Shown: positions 15,316 to 25,855, numbered from the stretch's first letter. The stretch is 32,000 bases of DNA from Ferroglobus placidus DSM 10642 (GCF_000025505.1 NC_013849.1:1710001-1742000); one strand, 5' to 3'. Program-made: numbers and translations. Notes: generated from the sequence alone by a model not told the origin.

Positions 15316-16639
15316 ACTCGTCCTCGTATCTGATTATGTCGTCTTCTTCTAAATACTCTCCTATAGATACTTCTATGACCTCCAGAGGTATCTTCCCGGG
15401 ATTTTCGAGCCTGTGCTTTACTCCAGCTGGAATGAACGTGCTTTCCCCCCTTCTTAAATAAAACTCTTTGTCTTCCACCGTAACCTTCGCTATTCCGCTC
15501 ACTATGACCCAGTTCTCGCTCCTGTGCATGTGAGCATGCAAGCTCAGCTTTTCCCCCGGCTTGACGACGAGTTTGTTTATCTTGTAAAATGTCGAACGCT
15601 CTAATGCTGTCACGCTTCCCCAAGGTTTCGCTATTGTCAAGTGCTCCTTAACTCTTCTATCCCCCCTCTCCTTCAGAATTTCCACTACCTTCTTAACCCT
15701 TTCAGCTTCACCTCTTTTGCAAACGAGCAAAACGTCTTTCGTGTCGATTATCAGATAGTCTTCGAGGTTTATTCCTGCAACGAGTCTGTCGCTAATTACC
15801 AAATTTCTCTTCGAATCTATCCCAATAAACTCACCGAGAATCGCGTTCTTGTCTTTGTCCTTCTTCATCACTTCGTAGAGCGAGTCGTAGCTGCCGAGGT
15901 CGCTCCAGAAAATGTCGACAGGAACTACGGCAGCTTTGTCAGTCTTCTCCATCACCGCATAGTCTACGCTTATGTTTTCGCAAGCTTCGTATCCGTCTTT
16001 TACGCTCCTCTTAAAAGCCTCTACGATCCCGGGGTAAAGCCTTTCTACTTCCTCCAAGAAGAGCTCGGCGTCGAACATGAACATTCCGCTGTTCCAGTAG
16101 TAACCCGAGTTTACGTATTCCTTAGCTTTCTCAAAATCCGGCTTTTCTATGAATCGCTCGACTTTATAAATTCCATCTCCAATGCTTTCTCCGGGTTTTA
16201 TGTATCCGTAGCCGGTGTGAGGCTTGTTCGGCTTTATCCCGAAGGTAATGAGGTATTCTCTTGCGAAGTTCTTTGCCATTCTAAAGTAGCTGTACAAATC
16301 CCCTTCGACGTAGTGATCTGAAGGAAGAACGAGCATCGTCCCCTCCTCAATCTCTAAAGCTCCGTAAACTATTGCCGGAAAAGTGTTTTTTCCTTCCGGC
16401 TCTACTAAAATGTTGCAGTCAGCGTTTATTTCGTTCAGCTGCTCGCTTATAATAAATTTGAACTCCTCTCCGGAGATTATGTAGATGTTACTCTCATCTG
16501 CAAACTCAAGAGCTCTTTCCACGGTGAGCTGAAGAAGTGATTTGTTGTTCCAGATTTTCAAAAACTGCTTGGGAAAGTTTTCTCTGCTAAGAGGAAAGAG
16601 TCTCGTCCCCTTTCCTCCGGCGAGTATTAAAACCCTCAT
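15302..16639 (-). CDS. manC: bifunctional mannose-1-phosphate guanylyltransferase / mannose-6-phosphate isomerase (type II PMI, cupin)
   Basis: N-terminal LILAGGKGTRLFPLS nucleotidyltransferase motif, C-terminal cupin (HAHMHRSENWVIVSG ... PAGVKHRLEN). The start is set at MRVLILAGG (16639); the track ORF runs 42 nt further upstream. Confidence 0.9.
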   Translation of the reverse strand: MRVLILAGGKGTRLFPLSRENFPKQFLKIWNNKSLLQLTVERALEFADESNIYIISGEEFKFIISEQLNEINADCNILVEPEGKNTFPAIVYGALEIEEGTMLVLPSDHYVEGDLYSYFRMAKNFAREYLITFGIKPNKPHTGYGYIKPGESIGDGIYKVERFIEKPDFEKAKEYVNSGYYWNSGMFMFDAELFLEEVERLYPGIVEAFKRSVKDGYEACENISVDYAVMEKTDKAAVVPVDIFWSDLGSYDSLYEVMKKDKDKNAILGEFIGIDSKRNLVISDRLVAGINLEDYLIIDTKDVLLVCKRGEAERVKKVVEILKERGDRRVKEHLTIAKPWGSVTALERSTFYKINKLVVKPGEKLSLHAHMHRSENWVIVSGIAKVTVEDKEFYLRRGESTFIPAGVKHRLENPGKIPLEVIEVSIGEYLEEDDIIRYEDEYGRS

Positions 16640-16778
16640 AGATATTAGTGAATCTCGAAAACTTAAAACGCTTCCGACCAAAATTTTAAAGAAAATTTTA
16701 TAAACTAAATTTGAATATAATATTTTAATCGGTTTTAGATAAATTCACGTGATTTTATGATTATGCTCTTTAGCAAAG

Positions 16779-16788
16779 CTTAAATATT
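16779..16788 (+). promoter_or_regulatory. TATA-box candidate for the trp operon
   Basis: aaagCTTAAATATT is centred about 28 nt upstream of the trpC ATG (16812), which implies an essentially leaderless transcript. There is no room for a leader peptide or attenuator. Confidence 0.4.
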
Positions 16789-16811
16789 AAATACGAGATT
16801 AGTCATGTAAT

Positions 16812-17507
16812 ATGAGAACAGACCTCTCATCCATGATTAGAAAGAGGAAGGAAGAAAAGCTTAATCCGGTTGTGGCGGAGATTAAGGTTCACTCGCCAAA
16901 GTTCGGGGATTTGCTCGGAAAGAGAGATCCGATAGAAATTCTGAAAACTTACGAAAGTTGCAGAGTTGCTGGAATATCTTACATAACCGAAAGAAAACAC
17001 TTCAAAGGCGATTTCGAGCTTTTCAAAAGAATTTGTAAGCTTTCACACCTTCCGGTTTTAAGGAAGGACTTCGTAACGAGTAAAGTCGAAATAGAAAGGA
17101 CTGCCGAAGCTGAAGCTGATGCCGTTCTGCTTATAGCGAGAATTCTCAAGGACAAAACTGCTGAATTTGTCGATTTCGCTTTAGAACACGGATTGGAGAG
17201 TGTTGTTGAAGTTCACAGCGAAAAAGAAGTTGAGTTTGCCGTCGAAACGAATACTCCGATTATCGGCATAAACAACAGGGACATTTCTAAGCTGGAAAAG
17301 GATGGTGGGAGTGTCGAAGTGACTAAAAAGCTCGCCAAACTAATTCCGAGGAGGTTCGTAAGGATTAGCGAGAGCGGAATAGCGAACTTAAATGATTTGA
17401 AGATAGCTCTAAGCTACGCAGATGCCGCTTTAGTAGGCACGGCTTTCATGAAAGCAGATAGGGTTGAGGACGTTGTAAGGTCTTTTGTGGAGGCTAAGTT
17501 ATGTTGA
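16812..17507 (+). CDS. trpC: indole-3-glycerol-phosphate synthase
   Basis: 231 aa. VVAEIKVHSPKFG, LRKDF and GINNRD motifs. First gene of the trp cluster. Confidence 0.88.
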   Translation: MRTDLSSMIRKRKEEKLNPVVAEIKVHSPKFGDLLGKRDPIEILKTYESCRVAGISYITERKHFKGDFELFKRICKLSHLPVLRKDFVTSKVEIERTAEAEADAVLLIARILKDKTAEFVDFALEHGLESVVEVHSEKEVEFAVETNTPIIGINNRDISKLEKDGGSVEVTKKLAKLIPRRFVRISESGIANLNDLKIALSYADAALVGTAFMKADRVEDVVRSFVEAKLC

Positions 17508-18475
17508 GCAAAATAGTTGAGAGAAGAAATCTCAGTTTTGAAGAAGCTTACGAGCTTTACAATGAAATTGTAAAAGAAAGTCCGGTTAGAATCGCAGCGT
17601 ACCTTTCAGCCCTCCAGACCAAAGGATTTACAGCTGAGGAGCTTGCAGGCTTCGCAAAGGCTATGAGAGACTCAGCAATAAAAATTGAGCTTGGAGAAGT
17701 TTGCGACACCTGCGGAACTGGTGGAGATGGAGCTTCGACTATAAACGTGAGCACTGCTTCAGCCATAATAATTTCGATGTTCGGAAAAGTTGCCAAGCAC
17801 GGCAACAAATCTGTAACATCCAAGAGCGGCTCGGCCAACGTTCTCGAAGCCTTTGGAATTAAAATAAACTTGAATCCAGAAGAAGCTAAGAAAATGATCG
17901 AAAAAACGAACTTCGCTTTCCTTTTCGCTCCTCTTTACCATCCTCCCCTTAAAAATGTCATGGATGTTAGAAGAGAGCTTAAGATAAGAACGATATTCAA
18001 CGTTCTCGGTCCTTTAGCGAATCCAGCCAATCCAGCGTATCAGCTCGTTGGAGTCTTCTCCGAAAACCTCGTTGAAAGAGTTGCAGAGGCTATGGAGTTT
18101 CTCGGAGTTAAGAAAGGCGTGGTTGTTCACGGAAACGGACTGGATGAGGTTAGTCCGAGAAAGGAGACGATCGTTGCTGAGGTAAACAAGAATGTAGAGA
18201 CCTACAAGCTAACTCCAGAGGATTTCGGGGTTAAAAGAACGAAAATAGTTCCTTGCAACTCCCCAGAAGAGAGCGCGAAAAGGATAGCTGCTGTCCTCTC
18301 CGGGAGAGGTTTAGAAGAGGATAGAACGTTTGTACTCCTCAACGCGAGCATGGCTCTCTACTCTTCCGACTTCGGAGAGCTCAAAGATTGCGTTGAAGCT
18401 GTTAGAAATATTCTCGACGAAGGAAGCGCTTTGAAAAAACTGGAGGAGATAGTCGATGCTTCTAAGAAAAATTGA
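17501..18475 (+). CDS. trpD: anthranilate phosphoribosyltransferase
   Basis: 324 aa. DTCGTGGDGAST, KHGNKSVTSKSGSA. 7-nt overlap with trpC. Confidence 0.93.
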   Translation: MLSKIVERRNLSFEEAYELYNEIVKESPVRIAAYLSALQTKGFTAEELAGFAKAMRDSAIKIELGEVCDTCGTGGDGASTINVSTASAIIISMFGKVAKHGNKSVTSKSGSANVLEAFGIKINLNPEEAKKMIEKTNFAFLFAPLYHPPLKNVMDVRRELKIRTIFNVLGPLANPANPAYQLVGVFSENLVERVAEAMEFLGVKKGVVVHGNGLDEVSPRKETIVAEVNKNVETYKLTPEDFGVKRTKIVPCNSPEESAKRIAAVLSGRGLEEDRTFVLLNASMALYSSDFGELKDCVEAVRNILDEGSALKKLEEIVDASKKN

Positions 18476-19757
18476 TTACGTCGATCCGCTAAAAGTTTAC
18501 TCGGTTTTGAGGGAGGAGGGTTACCCTTTCATTCTCGAGTCAGCCACGAAGCACGAGAGAAAAGCGAGGTTCTCCTACGTTGGATCTAATCCGGAGTTTG
18601 TTGTAGAAGTTAGCGGAAGAGGGGCTAAAGTAGACGGAAAGAGGGTTTCCAAGGAAAGCAATCCTTTCAAAGCTTTAAAAGAAATTAAAAACTTCGAAGG
18701 ATCTGGGGAGAAGTTTGCCGGAGGTTTTGTAGGCTACGTTGCTTACGATGCGGTTCACAACTACTTGGGGGGAGAGATAAAAGAAGCTTCGAGATTCGGA
18801 TTCTACGAGAATGTCTTCGTTTTCGACCACGTTAAAGGAGAAGCGTATTTTCTCAGTTTGAACGGCAGCGACATAAATCCGGAAAAGATAGTTGAAAAAG
18901 CAAAAAGGGAGGAATTTAAAGAAGAGAAAGAATCTTCCAGCATTTTAAGATGCGACGCAGATAGAGATGTGTTCGTAGAGATGGTGGAGAAAGCGAAGGA
19001 ATACATCTACGAAGGGGAAGTCTTTCAGGTCGTTCTTTCGAGAGAATACGAGCTTTCCACAGATCTATCTCCGATTCAAATTTACGCAAACCTCAGAAAA
19101 ATAAATCCGAGTCCTTACATGTTTCTTCTCGAGTTCGAAAAGAGTTTGGTCGGAGCCTCTCCGGAAACGATGGCTTCCGTCGAAAACAACCTTCTCAAAA
19201 TAAATCCCATCGCCGGAACTGCCGAAAGGGGGAGAAATTATGAGGAAGATAGGATGATAGCGGAAGCTCTCCTTTCCGATGAGAAAGAGAGAGCCGAACA
19301 CGTTATGCTCGTCGATCTGGCTAGAAACGACGTGAGAAAGGTTTGCAAGGCTGGGAGCGTTAGAGTTACGAGGTTCATGGAGGTGATAAAATACAGTCAC
19401 GTTCAGCACATAGAAAGCGAAGTCGTCGGGGAGATTAGAGAAGACGTGAGCTGCTTTGAAGCAATTGAAGCAGCTTTTCCAGCCGGAACTTTAACCGGAG
19501 CTCCTAAGCTGAGAGCGATGGAGATAATAGACGAACTCGAGAAGTCGAGGAGGAGAGTTTACGGAGGTTGCGTCGGTTATTTTTCGGTTAACAACTCAGC
19601 CGACACAGCTATTGCGATAAGAATGGTCGAAATTGACGACGTTTGCAGGGTTAGAGCCGGAGCAGGAATTGTCGCTGATTCTAATCCGGAAAGGGAGTTT
19701 TACGAAACTGAAAGAAAAATGAGGGCAGTTTTAAAAGCTTTGGAGGTGGTGGAATGA
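18456..19757 (+). CDS. trpE: anthranilate synthase component I
   Basis: 433 aa. FQVVLSR, SPYMF, GTLTGAPKLRAMEII, RVYGGCVGYF. 20-nt overlap with trpD. Confidence 0.93.
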   Translation: MLLRKIDYVDPLKVYSVLREEGYPFILESATKHERKARFSYVGSNPEFVVEVSGRGAKVDGKRVSKESNPFKALKEIKNFEGSGEKFAGGFVGYVAYDAVHNYLGGEIKEASRFGFYENVFVFDHVKGEAYFLSLNGSDINPEKIVEKAKREEFKEEKESSSILRCDADRDVFVEMVEKAKEYIYEGEVFQVVLSREYELSTDLSPIQIYANLRKINPSPYMFLLEFEKSLVGASPETMASVENNLLKINPIAGTAERGRNYEEDRMIAEALLSDEKERAEHVMLVDLARNDVRKVCKAGSVRVTRFMEVIKYSHVQHIESEVVGEIREDVSCFEAIEAAFPAGTLTGAPKLRAMEIIDELEKSRRRVYGGCVGYFSVNNSADTAIAIRMVEIDDVCRVRAGAGIVADSNPEREFYETERKMRAVLKALEVVE

Positions 19758-20314
19758 TAGTTGTCGTCGACAATAGGGATTCTTTCGTCTGGAACTTAGC
19801 CGAATACGTGTCTATTTTCACGGGAGTTAAGGTAGTTAGTAACGCGGCAAAAATAAGCGAGATTAAAAAACTCGATCCAGACGGAATAATCCTTTCTCCC
19901 GGACCATCCTCGCCTAAAAATAGGGAAGGAATAGGCAATTGTCCGGAAATTCTGCTGGAATTCGATTTGCCGATACTCGGAGTATGCTTGGGGCATCAGA
20001 TTATTGCCCACGTTTTCGGAGGAGTTGTTGGAAAAGTAAAGCCGGTTCACGGAAAGGCAAGTGTTGTCGAGCACGACGGAAAAACGATATTCCGAGGAGT
20101 TGAAAATCCCCTTAAAGCCGGAAGGTACCACTCCTTAGCGGTTCTAAGAGTTCCAAAAAAGTTTGAAGTTTCCGCGAAGTCCGAAGGAATTGTCATGGGA
20201 ATCAGGCACAGAAAAAAGCCTATAGAAGGAGTGCAATTTCATCCGGAGAGCGTTCTAACTCCGAGGAGTGAGGGGCTCAAAATCATAAGAAATTTCGTGG
20301 AGATGTGCAAATGA
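19754..20314 (+). CDS. trpG: anthranilate synthase component II (glutamine amidotransferase)
   Basis: 186 aa. GVCLGHQ catalytic Cys, GVQFHPES. ATGA overlap with trpE. Confidence 0.93.
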   Translation: MIVVVDNRDSFVWNLAEYVSIFTGVKVVSNAAKISEIKKLDPDGIILSPGPSSPKNREGIGNCPEILLEFDLPILGVCLGHQIIAHVFGGVVGKVKPVHGKASVVEHDGKTIFRGVENPLKAGRYHSLAVLRVPKKFEVSAKSEGIVMGIRHRKKPIEGVQFHPESVLTPRSEGLKIIRNFVEMCK

Positions 20315-20934
20315 TCGTGAAGATTTGCGGAATAAAAAATCTGAAGGAACTCGAAATCGTTGAAAAGTACGCTGATTTCTGCGGAGTGGTTCTCGCACAT
20401 TCAAAAAGAAGAATTAGCGTTGAAAGAGCGAAGGAAATAATAAGCGTGGCTGAAATTCCGGTGTTCGTCGTTTCGACATCTACGTCTTTCGACGAATGGG
20501 CTTCGCTAATTCAAAAAACGGATGCCGAATTCGTTCAGGTTCACTCGGATGCTGAAGTAGAAGTGATTGATAGAATAAAAGAGATGGGCGTGGTTGTAAT
20601 GAAGGCTTTCAGAGTTCCGGAAGCATGCGAAGACTACGAAGAAGAAGCTGAAAGACTTATTGGCAAGATTAAAGAGTATAAAGCTGATTACATCCTTCTC
20701 GACACGGGAAAGGGGAGCGGAAAAACTCACGATCACAGAGTTAGCAAAATCGTCGCCGAAAAGTTCGAGATTTTTATTGCCGGAGGTTTGACTCCGGAGA
20801 ACGTCTCGAGAGTTGTGAATTTCGTAAAACCCAGCGGAGTTGACGTTTCGAGCGGGGTTGAGATTAAAGGAGAAAAGGACGAGCTTCTCGTGAGGGATTT
20901 CGTCAAAAAAGCCAAAAGTGGTTTTGTGAGGTGA
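20311..20934 (+). CDS. trpF: phosphoribosylanthranilate isomerase
   Basis: MIVKICGI N-terminus. The ATG at 20311 overlaps the trpG stop (ATGA). The track ORF begins 6 nt earlier at a GTG. Confidence 0.88.
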   Translation: MIVKICGIKNLKELEIVEKYADFCGVVLAHSKRRISVERAKEIISVAEIPVFVVSTSTSFDEWASLIQKTDAEFVQVHSDAEVEVIDRIKEMGVVVMKAFRVPEACEDYEEEAERLIGKIKEYKADYILLDTGKGSGKTHDHRVSKIVAEKFEIFIAGGLTPENVSRVVNFVKPSGVDVSSGVEIKGEKDELLVRDFVKKAKSGFVR

Positions 20935-20938
20935 AATC

Positions 20939-22096
20939 GTGAAATTCGGAGAATTTGGCGGAATGTACGTTCCCGAAACTCTGATAGCTCCGTTGAAAGA
21001 GCTTGAAAAATCTTACGAAAAAATAAAGGCTGACGAACAGTTTTGGAATGAATTCCATTTTTACCTAAAAAACTACGCCGGAAGACCGACACCCCTTTAC
21101 TACGCGAGAAATCTGAGCAAGAAGATAGGAGGGGCGAAAATATACCTTAAAAGGGAAGATCTTCTTCACAGCGGGGCTCACAAGATAAACAACACTATAG
21201 GGCAGGCTTTGTTGGCTAAGCGTATGAGCAAGTCAAGACTTATCGCCGAAACGGGAGCCGGACAGCACGGAGTTGCCACTGCGATAGCGGGAGCTTTGTT
21301 CGGAATGAAGGTGGACATTTACATGGGAGCTGAAGACGTAAGGAGGCAGAAGATGAACGTTTTCCGCATGAAGCTCCTCGGGGCTAATGTGATAGCCGTA
21401 GAGGGGGGAAGCAGAACTTTGAAGGACGCGATAAACGAAGCTCTTAGAGACTGGGTTTCGAGTTTCGAGTACTCTCATTATTTAATAGGCTCGGTCGTAG
21501 GACCTCACCCGTATCCGACGATCGTAAGGGACTTTCAGTCGGTGATAGGGAAAGAAACCAGAGAGCAAATAATTGAAGCGGAAGGTCGCTTGCCGGATTT
21601 GATTGTTGCTTGCGTCGGAGGTGGAAGCAATGCGATAGGGATTTTTCACGAGTTTCTAAACGAGAAAGTAAAACTTGTAGGGGTTGAAGCAGCCGGAAAG
21701 GGTTTGAATAGCGGAAAACATTCAGCTTCGCTTTGCGCAGGAAAAAAAGGAGTGCTGCACGGAATGCTTTCATACTTCCTTCAGGACGAAGACGGGCAGA
21801 TTAAAGATACGCACAGCATCGCAGCCGGTTTAGATTACCCAGGAGTCGGTCCGGAGCATGCGTGGCTTAAAGAAAGTGGAAGAGCGGAGTACGTTGCAGT
21901 GAATGATGAAGAAGCTTTAAAAGCCTTTGTCGAACTCTCAAAGACCGAGGGAATTCTGCCTGCTTTAGAATCTGCTCACGCCGTTGCCTACGCGATGAAA
22001 GCCGCTGAGGAAATGAGCAGGGATGAGATAATAGTTGTTAATCTCTCAGGAAGAGGGGATAAGGATCTCGAGATAGTTATGGGGGCTTTGAAATGA
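20939..22096 (+). CDS. trpB: tryptophan synthase beta chain
   Basis: 385 aa. PLP-Lys motif [20 protein letters not shown] start 5 nt after GGTGA. Confidence 0.95.
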   Translation: MKFGEFGGMYVPETLIAPLKELEKSYEKIKADEQFWNEFHFYLKNYAGRPTPLYYARNLSKKIGGAKIYLKREDLLHSGAHKINNTIGQALLAKRMSKSRLIAETGAGQHGVATAIAGALFGMKVDIYMGAEDVRRQKMNVFRMKLLGANVIAVEGGSRTLKDAINEALRDWVSSFEYSHYLIGSVVGPHPYPTIVRDFQSVIGKETREQIIEAEGRLPDLIVACVGGGSNAIGIFHEFLNEKVKLVGVEAAGKGLNSGKHSASLCAGKKGVLHGMLSYFLQDEDGQIKDTHSIAAGLDYPGVGPEHAWLKESGRAEYVAVNDEEALKAFVELSKTEGILPALESAHAVAYAMKAAEEMSRDEIIVVNLSGRGDKDLEIVMGALK

Positions 22097-22848
22097 TAAA
22101 AAAACCGGCTTTAATAACTTTCATAACCGCCGGCGATCCAAATATCGATGCAACTCTCGAATTCATGCTCGTTCTGGAGAAATATGCTGACGTAATAGAG
22201 CTCGGAGTTCCTTTTAGCGATCCGATGGCAGACGGAAGGACGATTCAAAAAGCAAATTACAGAGCTTTAAAGTCGGGAACGAGAATTAAAGATGTTTTCA
22301 AAGTGGTAGAAGAGTTCAGGGAACATTCAAGCAAACCGGTCGTTTTGATGACCTACTACAATCCCGTTTACAGGTTCGGAGCGGAGAATTTCATTGCTGA
22401 AGCGAAGAAATCGGGAGTTGATGGTCTAATTGTAGTCGATCTGCCGATTGAGGAGGCTAAAGAGTACGTCGAAATTTGCAGAAAGCTGGAGATAGGCACG
22501 ATATTCTTGGCTGCTCCAAACACTCCAGATGAAAGACTTAAGATGATAGATGAAGCAAGTTCAGCCTTCGTCTACTTAATTTCTCTCTACGGAACAACCG
22601 GATCGAGAAGTGAGATTCCGGAAAGTGCCTTTAGCTTGCTTTCGAGGGCTAAGAGAATTTGTAGAAAGCCAGTAGCTGTTGGCTTCGGCGTTTCAAAAGC
22701 GGAGCATGTGAAAACGCTTGTGGAGGCTGGAGCTGACGGAGTTGTCGTTGGTAGTGCGATCGTGGAGATTGTAGAAAAGTTCGGTGAAAACGCTTCGGAA
22801 GAGATTGAGAGAAAAGTCAGAGAACTTAGAAGTGGTCTCCAGCTTTAA
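22093..22848 (+). CDS. trpA: tryptophan synthase alpha chain
   Basis: 251 aa. [22 protein letters not shown] overlap with trpB. Confidence 0.93.
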   Translation: MIKKPALITFITAGDPNIDATLEFMLVLEKYADVIELGVPFSDPMADGRTIQKANYRALKSGTRIKDVFKVVEEFREHSSKPVVLMTYYNPVYRFGAENFIAEAKKSGVDGLIVVDLPIEEAKEYVEICRKLEIGTIFLAAPNTPDERLKMIDEASSAFVYLISLYGTTGSRSEIPESAFSLLSRAKRICRKPVAVGFGVSKAEHVKTLVEAGADGVVVGSAIVEIVEKFGENASEEIERKVRELRSGLQL

Positions 22849-22868
22849 ATTCGAAGACTACCGCAACC

Positions 22869-22876
22869 CTTATTAA
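22869..22876 (+). promoter_or_regulatory. TATA-box candidate for tRNA-Val
   Basis: CTTATTAA is centred about 28 nt upstream of the mature tRNA 5' end. The same CCCTTATTAA decamer occurs at 11885-11894 in the lysS/vapB divergent region. Confidence 0.4.
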
Positions 22877-22900
22877 TCTTTTCTTAAGGCAATCTTTTAA

Positions 22901-22973
22901 GGGTCCGTGGTCTAGCGGTTATGACGTCGCCCTGACGAGGCGAAGGTCCCCGGTTCGAATCCGGGCGGACCCA
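22901..22973 (+). tRNA. tRNA-Val (anticodon GAC)
   Basis: Hand-folded cloverleaf. Acceptor GGGUCCG/CGGACCC, anticodon stem UCGCC/GGCGA, loop CUGACGA, T arm CCCGG-UUCGAAU-CCGGG, discriminator A. No intron and no encoded CCA. Confidence 0.9.
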
Positions 22974-22995
22974 CTTAAACTTTTGAAGCAAGGTA

Positions 22996-23011
22996 CAAAA
23001 AAATTAAAAAA
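22996..23011 (-). terminator. oligo-T tract downstream of mdh (T5-AA-T7 on the minus strand)
   Basis: The minus strand reads TTTTTTAATTTTTTTG immediately after the mdh stop. Confidence 0.4.
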
Positions 23012-23899
23012 TCAGTATCCGAGCTCTTTCAGCCTTTCTTTTAAAATGTTTGCCGAATTTTTCAAAGCTTCGAGTTCTTCTTCAGTCAGCTCGTACTCCA
23101 CTATCTTTTCAACTCCGTTCTTTCCGAGAATAGCTGGAACTCCAACAGCCACATCGGAAATTCCGTACTCTCCCTGAAGAACGACGCTTGTAGGAATTTC
23201 TTCCTTCGTGTCGTTGACGACAGCGTTAACCATCCTGTATATCGACACAGCCGGACCGTAAACCGTTGCCCCTTTTCTCTTTATTACCTCGGCAGCTACG
23301 AATCTTACCTCTTCGAGTATTTTCTCTCTTGGAACATCTCCGTCAAAATCAGCTAAGCTCCACGGTATGAACATGCTGTCTCCGTGTTCTCCGATTATCC
23401 AAGCCTTTCTGATGTTTCTCGCCCCGAAAGAGTGGAGCCTCTCCTTCAATCTTGCCGAGTCGAGCATGTTTCCCATCCCGAAAACCTCGTTTCTCGGCTT
23501 TCCAGTTTCCTTCCACATTACGTATGTCATTAAATCCATGGGATTCGTGACGACGATTATCTTACTCTCCGGGCTCGATTCCATTATTTTTTTGGCAATG
23601 TCTTTAATTATTCCAGCATTTTTCGTTGCCAAATCGAGCCTGCTCATCCCCGGCTTTCTCGCCATTCCGGCAGAAACGACTATAACATCGCTACCTTTCA
23701 ACAAAGAATAATCGCTACCTCCCACGATTTTGGGGTACTTGTCTACGGCAGCAGCTGCGTGGCTCAAATCCATCGCTTCTCCAACGGCAAGGTCTTCGGC
23801 TATGTCAACCAAAGCCACTTCGTCAACGTCCATGTAGAGTATGCAGGTAAAAGCGGCAGTAGAACCGACTCTTCCAGCTCCAACGAAACCGATCTTCAT
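23012..23899 (-). CDS. mdh: malate dehydrogenase (LDH-like, archaeal type)
   Basis: 295 aa. MKIGFVGAGRVGST, VALVDIAEDLAVGEAMDL, VVTNPMD, GEHGDS. Colinear, as far as I recall it, with A. fulgidus MDH. Confidence 0.93.
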   Translation of the reverse strand: MKIGFVGAGRVGSTAAFTCILYMDVDEVALVDIAEDLAVGEAMDLSHAAAAVDKYPKIVGGSDYSLLKGSDVIVVSAGMARKPGMSRLDLATKNAGIIKDIAKKIMESSPESKIIVVTNPMDLMTYVMWKETGKPRNEVFGMGNMLDSARLKERLHSFGARNIRKAWIIGEHGDSMFIPWSLADFDGDVPREKILEEVRFVAAEVIKRKGATVYGPAVSIYRMVNAVVNDTKEEIPTSVVLQGEYGISDVAVGVPAILGKNGVEKIVEYELTEEELEALKNSANILKERLKELGY

Positions 23900-24025
23900 A
23901 TAGGTTTTTCTCGTGCTTAGTAGTTAAGCTTTACTTTTTAGGACTTTTCAAGACGACTTCACCAAAAGGTTTATCCACGAAAGGTAAAAATAACAGTTTC
24001 AATCTGGTTTAGTGAGGTGAAGCTT

Positions 24026-25027
24026 ATGGATATCGAAAAGCTCAGATTCGGAACGGAACTCGTGAAAAGAGGATTTGCGAAAATGCAGAAAGGCGGAGTG
24101 ATAATGGACGTTACAACTCCAGAACAAGCTGCAATAGCTGAAGATGCTGGAGCTGTTGCTGTAATGGCTCTTCACAAAGTTCCCGCTGATATAAGGGCAA
24201 GTGGTGGAGTTGCGAGGATGGCCGACCCGAAAATAATCGAGGAGATAATGGACGCTGTGACGATTCCCGTAATGGCTAAAGTGAGAATAGGTCACTATGC
24301 TGAAGCGAGGGCTTTGGAGGCAATAGGAGTCGACATGATAGACGAAAGCGAAGTTTTAACCCCTGCTGACGTTTTCTTCCACATAGACAAAAGGAAGTTT
24401 ACCGTCCCATTCGTTTGCGGAGCGAGAAGCTTGGGAGAGGCGGTTAGAAGAATCTGGGAAGGAGCGGCGATGATAAGAACGAAGGGAGAAGCCGGAACCG
24501 GCAACGTCGTCGAAGCTGTAAAGCACATGAGGATAATGAACTACTCTATTCAGCTCGTCTCGAAGATGGACGAAGAAGAGTTGAGGGTTCTTGCCGAAAA
24601 CTACGCGAGAGCGTATTTAAGGCTTGCTAACACCGTTTGCGAGGAGATGAGTCTTCCAGAAGTATGCACGAGAAACGAGCCGGTTTACGAGGAATACACT
24701 TATGAAGAGATAGTCGAAGGAATTTACGAGGTTCTGAAAGAAGTCAAGGATCTGAAAAGACTGCCAGTTGTGAACTTCGCAGCTGGAGGAATTGCCACTC
24801 CGGCGGATGCAGCTTTCATGATGCAGCTCGGAGCTGACGGAGTTTTCGTTGGCTCGGGAATTTTCAAGTCATCGAATCCAGAGGCTTATGCGAGAGCTAT
24901 AGTCGAAGCTGTCGAACACTACGACGAGCCGGAAGTTGTTGCAGAAGTAAGCAAGAACTTGGGCGAGCCTATGAAAGGTCTCGACATCTCTCAGATTGAA
25001 GTTCAAATGCAGGAAAGGGGAGTATGA
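24026..25027 (+). CDS. pdxS: pyridoxal 5'-phosphate synthase subunit PdxS
   Basis: [35 protein letters not shown]. The ATG at 24026 lies 5 nt after GAGGTGA. The track ORF begins 9 nt earlier at a GTG inside that SD. Confidence 0.95.
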   Translation: MDIEKLRFGTELVKRGFAKMQKGGVIMDVTTPEQAAIAEDAGAVAVMALHKVPADIRASGGVARMADPKIIEEIMDAVTIPVMAKVRIGHYAEARALEAIGVDMIDESEVLTPADVFFHIDKRKFTVPFVCGARSLGEAVRRIWEGAAMIRTKGEAGTGNVVEAVKHMRIMNYSIQLVSKMDEEELRVLAENYARAYLRLANTVCEEMSLPEVCTRNEPVYEEYTYEEIVEGIYEVLKEVKDLKRLPVVNFAAGGIATPADAAFMMQLGADGVFVGSGIFKSSNPEAYARAIVEAVEHYDEPEVVAEVSKNLGEPMKGLDISQIEVQMQERGV

Positions 25028-25614
25028 AAATTGCGGTAGTCGGCGTTCAGGGAGATGTGGAAGAGCACGTTATTGCTTTGAAAAAAGCCCTGAGAAATTT
25101 AAAAATAGACGGGGAAGTAGTGGCTACAAGGAGAAAAGGTGTTGTAAGCAAGAGCGATGCTGTTGTTATCCCCGGAGGAGAAAGCACGACGATAAGCAGG
25201 CTAATTTGGAGAGACAGCATAGCGGAGGAAATTCTTTCTCTCTACGAAGAGGGAAAGCCTATAATGGGAACTTGCGCCGGACTGATAATACTGGCTAAGA
25301 GGGGAGACGAGCAGGTTGAGAAGACAAGAACGAAACTTCTCGGAATTTTGGACGTTAAAGTTAAAAGAAACGCCTTCGGAAGGCAGAGAGAAAGTTTTGA
25401 GGCGGAGATAGACGTTAAAGGAATCGGGAAGTATAAAGCTGTCTTCATTAGAGCTCCAATCGTCGAAGAAGTTGGAGAAAAAGTTGAGGTTCTCGCAAAG
25501 TTTGAGGACAAAATCGTGGCTGTTCAGCAGGGGAAAGTTCTTGGACTGGCTTTCCATCCCGAGCTAACGGACGACACAAGAATTCATGAATACTTTATAA
25601 AAATGATTGATTAG
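25024..25614 (+). CDS. pdxT: pyridoxal 5'-phosphate synthase glutaminase subunit PdxT
   Basis: 196 aa. GTCAG catalytic Cys, AFHPELT. ATGA overlap with pdxS. Confidence 0.93.
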   Translation: MKIAVVGVQGDVEEHVIALKKALRNLKIDGEVVATRRKGVVSKSDAVVIPGGESTTISRLIWRDSIAEEILSLYEEGKPIMGTCAGLIILAKRGDEQVEKTRTKLLGILDVKVKRNAFGRQRESFEAEIDVKGIGKYKAVFIRAPIVEEVGEKVEVLAKFEDKIVAVQQGKVLGLAFHPELTDDTRIHEYFIKMID

Positions 25615-25767
25615 TTATTTCTTCATATTTTCAGCTGATCTTTCGTAACTCTCGGGGAGAATCAATCTGAGCCTTAGAGCGGTGGTGGGTATTGGATACC
25701 TTATTCCTCTTTTATGTGTTTCCTCCAGATTTTTAGCAAGAACTTCTTGCAGCTCCTTCGGGTTCAT
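25615..25767 (-). CDS. hypothetical small protein (50 aa from the internal ATG)
   Basis: MNPKELQEVLAKNLEETHKRGIRYPIPTTALRLRLILPESYERSAENMKK. TATA-like CTATATTG (minus strand, 25788-25795) is centred about 25 nt upstream of this ATG, which fits a leaderless mRNA. I recognise no family, and the longer 75-aa track ORF would run into the flippase promoter. Confidence 0.3.
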   Translation of the reverse strand: MNPKELQEVLAKNLEETHKRGIRYPIPTTALRLRLILPESYERSAENMKK

Positions 25768-25855
25768 ATTAGATTTCTCTGAGCAATCAATATAGCTTTG
25801 TCGATTTTGCTGCGGAATCCTAACTTTTATATTGGGCAGCAAAGCTTCTTTTCTC

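Noticed and set aside
15641-16321. 226-aa plus-strand ORF, and similar long antisense or alternative-frame ORFs (13168-13626, 15243-15623, 24996-25298, 28279-28761, 29834-30289, 5537-5875, 7968-8228, 9642-10034, 10875-11168, 21444-21773, 23367-23711)
   Set aside because: Each lies wholly inside a confidently identified gene on the opposite strand or in another frame. Their translations are low-complexity (Ser/Leu/Phe/Arg-rich) with no recognisable motifs, which is typical of shadow ORFs.
14679-16750. Shared 10-mer AAATTCACGT at 14679-14688 and 16741-16750 as a common regulatory site
   Set aside because: Hundreds of 10-mer coincidences are expected by chance within 32 kb. The flanking bases do not match, and the two positions have no common relation to a promoter.
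16682-16811. A trp leader peptide or attenuator upstream of trpC
   Set aside because: There is no Trp-containing uORF; the only ATG, at 16805, is followed at once by TAA. There are no alternative hairpins. The TATA position leaves essentially no leader.
11885-22875. The decamer CCCTTATTAA shared by the lysS/vapB intergenic region (11885-11894) and the tRNA-Val upstream region (22866-22875) as a mobile or repeat element
   Set aside because: Both copies sit at canonical TATA-box distance from a start site. The simplest reading is a shared promoter consensus, and a 10-mer match is not statistically remarkable.
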